Below are positions 19,278 through 28,800 of a DNA stretch of 64,000 nucleotides, in pieces. The stretch lies in IMG/VR virus record IMGVR_UViG_3300044825_002033, positions 7,029 to 71,028 of that record; one strand, given 5' to 3'. The notes below the pieces were generated by a model. The model was not told the origin of the DNA. It made no database searches and saw nothing but the letters and a program-made list of their open reading frames with translations. The stretch is from a virus. Numbering within the stretch: the first letter of the stretch is position 1; each line of letters starts with the position of its first letter. Position numbers and translations under genes: made by a program.

Positions 19278-19931
19278 CTAACCTTGATAAATGTGATAAC
19301 CAGTGTGACTAAGTTTAATTGTTGGATCTAACCAAATATTATAACCAACTTGTTGTGCTCTATGAAAGAAACTTTTGTCTTCAGACATAAACCCATTTTG
19401 AGTTTGATGTTCTGCAAAGTAATGATATGAATTATTCAATTCTGCAGAAGTGTGTGGAGTATCTGAATGATAATCCGAAGGAATATACTTGAGTCCTGGA
19501 TTTTGTTTTGCAATATCAAGAAACACTTGACGATGAATCAAAACAAAACCCATTCCATTACCATTAATCCTCACCAGATCTCCATGCCTTTGTTCTGGTT
19601 GAACAATATCAACACAGTATCGTTCTGGAATAATCTTCATTGGATAAGCACCAGAAACAATCGGAACTTGATGTACTAGCAATTTTAGCACATCGTCCGG
19701 ATTAAATCCAATGTCACTATCCAAAAAGAACAGATACTCGTGTTCTGTATTGTTAATGAAAAAATTAGCAATCTTGGAACGTGCTTGAGTGATCAAAGAA
19801 GAGTTCGTCAGAGTTAATAGTCCGTGTGGAATGTCATTTCTGACGAATGTTTTACCAAGATTAAACAGTCCAAGAGTGGTTTTTTCACTCACGATTCCTC
19901 CCATACAAGGAAGACCAATCATTATACTCAT
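19278..19931 (-). CDS. GT2/GT-A-like glycosyltransferase
   Basis: SLITQAR, LFFLDSDI (DxD), GMGFVLIHR, SEDKSF, LDPTIKLSHTG. Confidence 0.8.
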   Translation of the reverse strand: MSIMIGLPCMGGIVSEKTTLGLFNLGKTFVRNDIPHGLLTLTNSSLITQARSKIANFFINNTEHEYLFFLDSDIGFNPDDVLKLLVHQVPIVSGAYPMKIIPERYCVDIVQPEQRHGDLVRINGNGMGFVLIHRQVFLDIAKQNPGLKYIPSDYHSDTPHTSAELNNSYHYFAEHQTQNGFMSEDKSFFHRAQQVGYNIWLDPTIKLSHTGYHIYQG

Positions 19932-19946
19932 ATCAGTTTTTTAATA

Positions 19947-19955
19947 ATTATAGCA
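19947..19955 (-). promoter_or_regulatory. Extended -10 element (TGCTATAAT) upstream of the GT/GT/carbamoyltransferase genes
   Basis: attatagca on + strand ~15 nt upstream of ATG 19931. Confidence 0.5.
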
Positions 19956-19961
19956 CAAAAA

Positions 19962-20828
19962 TTATGAAGTCTTTACTTTTCCTGAAATTTGAACATCAAT
20001 TGTTGAAAGTTGATCAACTTGAATTTTTAGGACATCATTTGTATTCAATCTCTTTGGAGTTTCTAGAAGTTCTATACTAGCATACTTTGGAACAATTAGA
20101 TCTTCTACAAGACTTCTGGTTGTAACTCCACTTGTAACAGTAACTGAAATTGGATATCCACCAAGATCAGTTGTATTTGTCAAGCGAATGGATTGAAGAA
20201 TTGAAGGATAAGTTGTTGCAGTATAAATTCCAATTGGAGCAATTGTATTAATACCAGCTTGTCCAAATCCTCTTCCAAAATAATCTGTTGCTGTTTTCTG
20301 GTGATAGGTAATATAAACTTGTACCGCAGTATTAATACCGACTCGATCATAATCAGTAGATCTCATTACGATCTTATCAGAAGGATTTAGAACTTGTGGT
20401 TGTTGTAAAAGTTCTACTGCCATTCCTGTTGGAATTGGAATATTATATGCAAAGTAACTTCTCTCTCCCCCATTAAAATCAAATGCACCAATTACATTAA
20501 CTTCGGTATTTAATCCAACATTTGCTGCATGAATTGAATAAATGATATATTCTTCTCCTACAGTAGAAGGAAGTGTGAGAATCGTATCTCCAATTCCTGT
20601 TAAAATAGCAGAAAAGGCGCTTGTGATGCCAGTATTGAATGCGGATCCATCATCAGCTCCGCCAGCAGAAACAGTGGCCCAAGTAACTCCAGTTCCTGTT
20701 GATTGAAGAACTTGTCCAGAAGTTCCTGTTGTTCCTCCAGCAGTAACTGAACCAGTAATGGTAACTCCAACACCACTAAAATTTCTACCGTCATCAATAA
20801 CAGTAGTATTATTAATCTTAATAGCCAT
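19962..20828 (-). CDS. Virion structural/fibre-associated protein
   Basis: MAIKINNTTVIDD start, GTSGQVLQSTGTGVTW fibre motif, two related beta domains similar to 22468..22809. Confidence 0.7.
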   Translation of the reverse strand: MAIKINNTTVIDDGRNFSGVGVTITGSVTAGGTTGTSGQVLQSTGTGVTWATVSAGGADDGSAFNTGITSAFSAILTGIGDTILTLPSTVGEEYIIYSIHAANVGLNTEVNVIGAFDFNGGERSYFAYNIPIPTGMAVELLQQPQVLNPSDKIVMRSTDYDRVGINTAVQVYITYHQKTATDYFGRGFGQAGINTIAPIGIYTATTYPSILQSIRLTNTTDLGGYPISVTVTSGVTTRSLVEDLIVPKYASIELLETPKRLNTNDVLKIQVDQLSTIDVQISGKVKTS

Positions 20829-20847
20829 CTTCGTTTACACTCGGCTT

Positions 20848-22458
20848 TTAGTTATTTAGTTGTGACTTAAGTTCTTGAACTTCTACAGATAGTTCTTTAA
20901 CTGCCTCAATTAGAACACCAATAATTCCATTATAATTAACTGTTTTAGTTTCATTTTGACTGACAAGTTCTGGAAGTACTTTTTCAACTTCTTGCGCGAT
21001 TACACCAATTGATTTCTTATCACTAGACTTCCAAGTAAACTTAACACCATTTAGTTGCTCTATCGTCTCCAATGGATTTTCAATTTTGGTAATGTCTTTT
21101 TTAAGATTAATATCAGACGTTGAGTTAAAATCTGCAGAAGTTGTAATTCCGGTAACAACTAATGTAGTAAATGTTGGAGTGCTTGAAAGAGAGATTGTTG
21201 CTGTTGCTCCTAATGCAACCGCAGAAGCAGTGATATTACTTCCTACAAAATCTAATACTGTAATGCTTCCTGCAGTGCCAACTGTTGAACCTTCTTCTCT
21301 AACTATAATTCCATTTAAAGATCCTGCACCAAGTGATGTCACTGGTTGCCAAGACAATCCTGTTCCAGTAGAGGAAAGAACATAAGAGTTTTGTCCTGTA
21401 GTTCCTCCTACGGAAATTCGAGAGAACGTAGAAATACCAGAAATAGTTAAAGCAGTTCCTACAAGATTACTTGAAAGAGTAATGGTTGCTGTTGCCCCTA
21501 ATGCAACTGCAGAAGCAGTAACATTACTTCCTACAAAATTTAGAGTTGTAATACTTCCTGCAGTACCTACAGTAGAACCTTCATCCTGAACTACAATTCC
21601 ATCTAGAACTCCACCACCAACCGATGTTATAGGTTGCCAAGATAATCCAGATCCAGTAGAAGAAAGAACATATTGATTTTGTCCTGTAGTTCCTCCGGCA
21701 GAAATTGAAGTTAATGTAGAAATGCCAGAGATATTAAGTCTTTGTGCTGTTAAACTGGTTGCTGTGGCAACACCAAGAGTAGAAATACCAGAAATACTTA
21801 AAGCAGTTCCTACAAGATTACTTGAAAGAGTAATGGTTGCTGCTACTCCTGCAGCAGAAGCAGTAACATTACCTCCTACAAAATTTAGAGTTGTAATGTT
21901 TCCTGGAGTACCTACAACGGAACCTTCATCCTGAACTATAATTCCATTTAAAGTTCCTGCACCTACTGATGTTACTGGTTGCCAAGATAATCCTGTTCCT
22001 GTAGATGAGAGAACATAAGAATTCTGTCCTGTAGTTCCTCCTGCCGCAATTTGAGTTAAACTAGAAATACCAGAAATAGTTAAAGCAGTTCCTACAAGAT
22101 TTGTAGAAAATGTAATATTTGCAGTGGATCCAATACCCGTAGCAGTTACATAATCACCAATAAGATTTAAAGTTGAAAAAGAAGATCCAGATCCAATACT
22201 TACTCCTTCATTCTTAATATCAAGACCACCAATCTTTGCTCCAATAAGATCGGTAAGATTTGCTCCAGACCCATAAAATGCTGTAGCACTTAGAATGCCA
22301 GTGACTTCGGCATTGCCAATTACATATAAACTTCTCCCTCCAGCATTGGTGGTTCCTATACCGACTCTGCCAATTGTTTGTAAGACGGTACTACTCTCAG
22401 TATAAGAACTTATACCGACTCTTAAACTTTGTTGTCTGTCGCTAAGGAACTTTGCCAT
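20848..22458 (-). CDS. Tail fibre protein with C-terminal intramolecular chaperone (peptidase S74-like)
   Basis: Three internal repeats (GGTTGQNSYVLSSTGTGLSWQP...GIIVQDEGS...LNFVG); SDINLKKDI...LNGVKFTWK...GVIAQEVEKVLPELV...VNYNGIIGVLIEAVKEL. Confidence 0.88.
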   Translation of the reverse strand: MAKFLSDRQQSLRVGISSYTESSTVLQTIGRVGIGTTNAGGRSLYVIGNAEVTGILSATAFYGSGANLTDLIGAKIGGLDIKNEGVSIGSGSSFSTLNLIGDYVTATGIGSTANITFSTNLVGTALTISGISSLTQIAAGGTTGQNSYVLSSTGTGLSWQPVTSVGAGTLNGIIVQDEGSVVGTPGNITTLNFVGGNVTASAAGVAATITLSSNLVGTALSISGISTLGVATATSLTAQRLNISGISTLTSISAGGTTGQNQYVLSSTGSGLSWQPITSVGGGVLDGIVVQDEGSTVGTAGSITTLNFVGSNVTASAVALGATATITLSSNLVGTALTISGISTFSRISVGGTTGQNSYVLSSTGTGLSWQPVTSLGAGSLNGIIVREEGSTVGTAGSITVLDFVGSNITASAVALGATATISLSSTPTFTTLVVTGITTSADFNSTSDINLKKDITKIENPLETIEQLNGVKFTWKSSDKKSIGVIAQEVEKVLPELVSQNETKTVNYNGIIGVLIEAVKELSVEVQELKSQLNN

Positions 22459-22467
22459 TGTTCTATA

Positions 22468-22809
22468 TTAGTTGAGTGTTTCTAAAATACTTGCAATAAA
22501 CTTAATATTGGTTGCATTACTTGCCGATACAACAAGAACATCACCAGATTCAAGAACTAATTTTCCAGGCAAAAGGTTAGCAGTATCATTACCAGAAATT
22601 GGAAATTGCTTTACGATTTCTGTCGTAACTGCAATTCCTGATACAGTTCTACGATGAGAAAAAGAAATATCGTGTGATGTTGTATTGATATTTGTTGCTT
22701 GAGCTAAAAGAACAACTCCAGTATATCCAACAGGCGCAGTGTAAATTCCTACTGGACTTGTGGACGGAACGTTTGTGATAGTTTTGAATACGTTAAGTGC
22801 GAGTGCCAT
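22468..22809 (-). CDS. Small virion structural protein
   Basis: IYTAP...KLVLESGDVL...SILE pattern of fibre-associated cyanophage proteins. Confidence 0.65.
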   Translation of the reverse strand: MALALNVFKTITNVPSTSPVGIYTAPVGYTGVVLLAQATNINTTSHDISFSHRRTVSGIAVTTEIVKQFPISGNDTANLLPGKLVLESGDVLVVSASNATNIKFIASILETLN

Positions 22810-22815
22810 TCCGAA

Positions 22816-24825
22816 TTAACCTCCGAGTGCTAGAATGAATGGTGTCATTGTTGAGAACAAACTCTTAGAATAATCTCTTCCTCCAATTTGACCTGTTTGT
22901 TGATTGATCACAACACCATTACCAATTCTAAAGTTTCCAGATTGGTCGGTAGAAGTAAATACTACAAGACCTCCATTACGTGCATCAGTCTCATTTTCTT
23001 GAATTGCAACTCCACCACCAGCAGGAAGTGCTTTTGCAATTTCAGTTCCAGATCCAATGTATTCTAAAGAGTGTCCTGATGCAAGAACTCTACTTTGTTT
23101 AAAGAATGGAACTGTGCTTCCAACACCAACAGCATAAGGAAGAGTATCATTCATTGTAATTGTACAAATTCCAGAAGGTGATATTGGTGTGGAACTTTGA
23201 ATTGCGTAATAAGTTGGAAGTAAAACAGAAGAGGCAGTTGCAGTATTTATTCCAATATCAGGAGAACTAATTGTTATCGTTGGAGTCGTAGTATAACCTC
23301 TTCCACTTGATATAATTTCAATATCCGTAACAGAACCATTGCTAATATTTGCAACTGCTTGTGCAGGAACTCCCCACGAAGTTGGTGGAGAACTAATTGT
23401 TACTGTTGGTCTGTTTGTATATCCAGTTCCTCCTGCACTAACATTAATTTTATCCACCGTATAATAAAGAGAATCAAAATAGACAGCTTGACCATCAAAA
23501 GGACGAACTACATTAAGTTTTACAGTTCCTCCAGAACTCCAGGTATGTGGAAGTGTTGATGGTCCAACATTGACTGCAAATGAATTTGATGAAGGAATGG
23601 ATTGAATTTCAAAAATATATCCAGATGCTCCACTTGGATAAGTTACAATACCAGGACCAGAGGGGCAAGTAAAATTAAGTCCATAAAGTGTGACACCCAT
23701 TCCCACATTAAAATTATGTGCGGTACTAACTGTAACAGTTGTAAGTCCTGTTAAATTATTATATGTTGCTCCAGTTACAGTCAGTGTTGGTGTATCAAAC
23801 TTCAATACAAAAGTGTCAGAGTTTGCACTTGCTGCAGAAGTAATGATACCCGTGTACTTGCGTGGTCCAACACCATCAGCAACCAATCCATAGTTTCCGA
23901 AAGATGAGTTAGAGTTGGTTAGATCGCAAGCAGCTCCACTTCCACAGTAAACTGCAATATCGTTACAAATTGTAAAAAGAGATACTAATTGTGCATATCC
24001 TTCGTTTGTAATAGAAATTCCAATACCACCTTGATTATATTGTGTATATGAATCAAGAACCATTGATTTGGTTGGTCCAATAGAATGTTTTCCATCGATC
24101 TTCATTCCAATACTATTTGGAATGAAGTTAGTACAGTTTTGAATATAAGGCGATTGGTTATTATATGTTGGAGCATTTGGATTAAATGCAAAAATCGCAC
24201 CAGTATTTGCAGCACCTGCAAATGACATTTCTGCAATATAATCGCCATTTGCAACGTAGAAAAGATCTCCTGTATTTTGTGGAGTTACAGTAACATCTCT
24301 TAAACTATCACCGATGATACTGATCTGTGCAGGTAAAGTAATAGGATTATCTTCTATATAAGTCCCAGCACTAACTTTAATAACAGTTCCTGCTGTTGCA
24401 ATTCCTGCTGCTGCTTTGATTGTTGCTTTTGCTTGATTAAATGTTGTTCCTTCGTTTGTATCACTTCCATCTTTTGAGACATAAATGATATTTGCATTTG
24501 CTCCTCCTGCGACGTTGAGAAGTTTTGATCCATCTCCATAGTATGTAATAATTCCTGTGGTTGCGGTAACAATTCCTGATGAAATTTGTACATTTGAAAT
24601 TGTGGCTATACCAGAAACAGTAAGATAACTTATTCCTCTTACATCTGTAAGTGTAGATACACCTGAAATATAAAGTGCCGTAGCACCAATTCCACCATTA
24701 ACATGTAGAGAATACTTTGGATTTGTAGTCGCAATACCTACTTTATTACTATCTTTGTCTGCAAATATGAGGTTATTATTGACTTCTATGCCGTTCTTGA
24801 CGACAAAATTCTTTTGTACTGCCAT
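22816..24825 (-). CDS. Tail fibre/spike-like protein with pectate-lyase-like beta-helix region
   Basis: KNFVVKNG, KVGIATTNP, IYVSKDGSDTNEG...TIKAAA...GTYIE, GGTGYT repeats, STDQSGNFRIG C-terminus. Confidence 0.75.
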   Translation of the reverse strand: MAVQKNFVVKNGIEVNNNLIFADKDSNKVGIATTNPKYSLHVNGGIGATALYISGVSTLTDVRGISYLTVSGIATISNVQISSGIVTATTGIITYYGDGSKLLNVAGGANANIIYVSKDGSDTNEGTTFNQAKATIKAAAGIATAGTVIKVSAGTYIEDNPITLPAQISIIGDSLRDVTVTPQNTGDLFYVANGDYIAEMSFAGAANTGAIFAFNPNAPTYNNQSPYIQNCTNFIPNSIGMKIDGKHSIGPTKSMVLDSYTQYNQGGIGISITNEGYAQLVSLFTICNDIAVYCGSGAACDLTNSNSSFGNYGLVADGVGPRKYTGIITSAASANSDTFVLKFDTPTLTVTGATYNNLTGLTTVTVSTAHNFNVGMGVTLYGLNFTCPSGPGIVTYPSGASGYIFEIQSIPSSNSFAVNVGPSTLPHTWSSGGTVKLNVVRPFDGQAVYFDSLYYTVDKINVSAGGTGYTNRPTVTISSPPTSWGVPAQAVANISNGSVTDIEIISSGRGYTTTPTITISSPDIGINTATASSVLLPTYYAIQSSTPISPSGICTITMNDTLPYAVGVGSTVPFFKQSRVLASGHSLEYIGSGTEIAKALPAGGGVAIQENETDARNGGLVVFTSTDQSGNFRIGNGVVINQQTGQIGGRDYSKSLFSTMTPFILALGG

Positions 24826-24851
24826 AGGTGGAGAGCGCCAACCTTTTTACT

Positions 24852-24859
24852 TATTTATA
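24852..24859 (-). promoter_or_regulatory. T4 late promoter TATAAATA
   Basis: tatttata on + strand upstream of 24825. Confidence 0.7.
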
Positions 24860-24860
24860 C

Positions 24861-25880
24861 TTAAACTGTATCTGCAATAAACTCAGCAATACATTTTGAA
24901 AAAGCAACTCTTCGATCGGTTCCAGTATTAGTAAAAACATTTCTAATTTTAAATAATCCACCTCTTGTTTCTGATGCAAGAGTTAAAGTATCGTGTCTTT
25001 GTTTGGTGGGCCTTATCCAATTAGGAGCAGTTGTAGACCTTGTAATCGTATAAGTTGATGCTCCAGTAAATGTTACATATCCATATGGTTGTGCCGAAGT
25101 AGAACCATAAAAAAGAATACCATCATATCCATCAGTAGAGGTATAAGTACTCAACGCAATAACTCTATACCCTCTGAATATCATCTCTCCGGTTGCACCA
25201 TTAATTGTTCTCTGTGGTGTACCTGTAGAATTAACTGCAACTAATTGTCCAATCATACCACCGGGAGAATCTGTTTGTTCATCAGAATTAGTAATAACAA
25301 TAGTTGTAGAACCTTTCCTTACATTTGATCCTATTACGCTTCCAAATCTTCCAGGCGCTCCTGTAGAAATTGCATTTGGAGTTGTCCATATTGACCAAAG
25401 GTTTCCATGAACATCCTCTGATTTTTCATCATTTCCAAAAGCAGATAATCTTCCTCTAGTAGTATTTGCAATTACATCAGTACAAATATTAACGACATGA
25501 GTAGTTGAATTTGAAAAATACCTTGTACTAGTCCAGTTTGTAATTGTTGCTGCGCCAGTTGCTTCACCTCTCATAAATGTTTGAGATATTGTTAATGTTC
25601 CATTTGGGTTTGAAATTGTAAATGAAGTTGAAGGATTTCTACTAAAAGCGCCAAAATAAGCATAGAGATTTGGATATTTTGTAAGATCTGTTCCTATTTT
25701 TTCTAATAGTAATGCATTTTGAAGTTCTCCAATAAATGTTCCATTACTATAAAAAGCACTCACATCGTTCATAGAACCACTTTGATCTTGATGAATGATT
25801 ACATTTACTCCAAGTGATCTATTATTTCCTTTAAAGAGTATTGGTGATAAGTTAGCGACTACTGAACCGTGAAGAGCCAT
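24861..25880 (-). CDS. Putative structural protein with vWA/MIDAS-like motif
   Basis: IIHQDQSGSM (DxSxS after a beta strand) and later IVITNSDE; lies directly after the large fibre gene. Confidence 0.55.
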   Translation of the reverse strand: MALHGSVVANLSPILFKGNNRSLGVNVIIHQDQSGSMNDVSAFYSNGTFIGELQNALLLEKIGTDLTKYPNLYAYFGAFSRNPSTSFTISNPNGTLTISQTFMRGEATGAATITNWTSTRYFSNSTTHVVNICTDVIANTTRGRLSAFGNDEKSEDVHGNLWSIWTTPNAISTGAPGRFGSVIGSNVRKGSTTIVITNSDEQTDSPGGMIGQLVAVNSTGTPQRTINGATGEMIFRGYRVIALSTYTSTDGYDGILFYGSTSAQPYGYVTFTGASTYTITRSTTAPNWIRPTKQRHDTLTLASETRGGLFKIRNVFTNTGTDRRVAFSKCIAEFIADTV

Positions 25881-25886
25881 GAGATT

Positions 25887-28800
25887 TTATGCGTAGGTTG
25901 CAAATGTTCCAAGAACTTCCCAAACCGAACCAATTCTAAAGATACTGAATCCAAAGAAGTAATATCCAGCAGCAGTTCCCGTTGGTGGAAGATTGTTCAA
26001 CCAACGAATACTATTTCCGCCAGTATTCAGAGCAGTTCCATTAATCTGGAATTGAATATTTGTAAGATTAGAAACAGTTGTTGCAGCGTTTAATACTACA
26101 GTATAATTTAATGCTCTATTATCAGTTGTTGGTACATTATTAATATTGATGACTGTAGTATCTGTGCTTGTTGTCCTAGTAATTGGTCCTGTCGTAAAAT
26201 CACAAGTTAATGCAGTTCCTACAGTTGACTGATTATTGTAAATATCAGATACCTGTGTAAAGGTACAAATACCTGAAGAAATGTCACCTGCACGATTGAA
26301 TGAGGAATAACCTTGTCTTGCAGGAATATCTGCATACCACTCACCTCTTTGTGCTCCGCTTACATTATGAATAAGATGAGATACATTTCCATTAATATTA
26401 TTGGAAGAATTTCTACGAACAATTGTGTCCGGAGTAGTGGTTGCTGCAGATACAAATCCCTCTAGATAGTTTACATTTAAGTTAGAAACAACAGTGCTCG
26501 AAGCAACACTAATTGGAGCAGTTCCAGTTACAATGGTAGAATTGAATCTTTTTGCAGTTATTAATGAGGTTTCTCCAAGAACTGTAAAGACACCATTGGA
26601 TAATAAATTTGCAATCTCCGTTTCTCCTGCATACCAACTAAATCCATAAGAATTATTCTGTGGAACAGACCACCATAATGAATCATTTGCACCCACACCA
26701 ACTGCATAGTTTGTATGTGCATCAGTAGAAAGTCCTATTGCATTTTCATAGATGATTCTTGTGCCAATACTTGTTGTTCCAAAAGAAGGAGCAGCATATC
26801 CTAGATTTCCATCACCTGAGATTTTAAAATCTATTATATCAACAGGAGCATCTAATCTAACTGTTGCAAGACCGACTGCTGAATTAAAATCGACTGTGAT
26901 ATCAAATCCAAATCCATCTTTTGATCCTACAAAATTAAGTGCATTTGCATCACCAATGAAAGATCCTTCCGAAGAAATTCCAATCGTGTTATATGGATCA
27001 CCTTCAAAATAGACTGTAGTAATACCTGTTGCAGAATCATAATCTTTACTAATGGTTAATCCAACTCCAACAAGATTTAATAGTGTAGAGAATCCTACAG
27101 GACCATTATTTGTAGAAATTCCAACACCATATAGAGAATCATTGATCCAACCAAAAGCCTTCCACTCATTATTTGTAGTATAAATCCAACCTGCATTTCC
27201 GTTAGTTCTTGGAGTTGAATTAAATTCAACATCACCATAATTACCAACAATTGTTGGTTTTGCATCAGAAACACTTAATCTTCTTGAAATATCTTCTTCT
27301 CCTTGAAGATATATTGAATTTGCTTCAACATCAGCATTTGTAGTGACTTTATTATTAAAGACTACAGGACCATTAAATTCAGATACAATGTTTTTATCTC
27401 TTCCACCTTCAACTTTTATAGAATTTCCAACAAATACCTTTTGAGTATCAGTAATATCAACAATCTCTGAAGAATTCTTTTCTCCTGTATTTGTAGGAAC
27501 TGGAGTATCATAAGTTTCTTCTTTACCAGTTGCAGAATTAATTTTTTTATTACCAGTAAAAAAGTCACCATCACTATTCATACCAGTATAAACAATTAGA
27601 CCACCATTAGTCTTAGTTGATTGTGCTAAGAAGATTTCACTCTTACTTAAAGAGCGATCTTGTTTATCTGGTAGTGATGTTGAATAATTACCGGGACCAA
27701 ATCCAAGATATTCAAATGTATGACCCGATGCACGAATAATTGAGTTACGGCGAAGCTCAACTGGAGTTACTTTAATTCTACGAACAAGAGATCCTGCAAT
27801 ATGAGTTTCTCTTGGAGAACCTAAAATAGATCTAAAAATTTGTAAAGAATTTGACGTGACCGCTTGCTTGATTCTAAAGATCTCATTATCAATTAGCAGA
27901 TAGTCTCCAAGATTTAATCCAAGAGCAACAGCATTTGGAACATTTAAAGTAGTTGAATCAGGATCAGTTGCAAGAATTGAAGTTCCAAGAGTTGTTGTAA
28001 TGCCAGCATATTGATAATCTAAACGACCTGAAGTATTTTCAGTGTCTCTATCTAAATCGCCACCATAAGAAGTCAGAGTGGGACGATATGCATGTAAAGT
28101 TCCTGTCGCTAATGTAGAAGTTGTTGCACCAATTCCAATATTAATATCTACAAGAGAATTTCCAACAGAACTATAAAGTTTTTTGACAATAAAGTCCCCA
28201 TTAAATGCAGATTGATTTGCGCCTCTAATTACAATTTTATTATCAACTCTGAATCCGTGACTAGTTGTAAATCCAACTGTTGCAAGACCAGTAACTGAAT
28301 TATAGACAAACGTAGATACTCCTACGGCTTTATCGGTAAATAGATAACCAGAAGAAGATGTTACAATCGAACCTAGTCCCACTGCTGAGAAGTTAGAAAT
28401 AGTGTCACCAGAAATTACATTAATTTCTTTTGGTCTTCCTGTAGTAATTTCAGAAACTCTATAAATTGTATTATATCCAGAGTTTAATGCAGAAGAAACT
28501 CCAGAAATACTAAGAGTATCTCCAATGTTGTTAGAAATAGATTCAACTTTTACAACACCAATGACATGACCTGCAGTGGTTGCAACACCAACAACAGTAA
28601 GTGTATTTCCAATACCATATGCAGAACCACCATCAATAATCTGAACTCCAGTAATTGCACCTGCAGTCACAGCGATTCTTGCAGTTGCATTTGATCCTGT
28701 AGTAGATCCTGCAAATCCTACTAATCTAGCATTATAAAGATTTCCCGTAAATGGAGCAGATGAACCATAATTACTACCACCACTTATAATACTAACTGTA

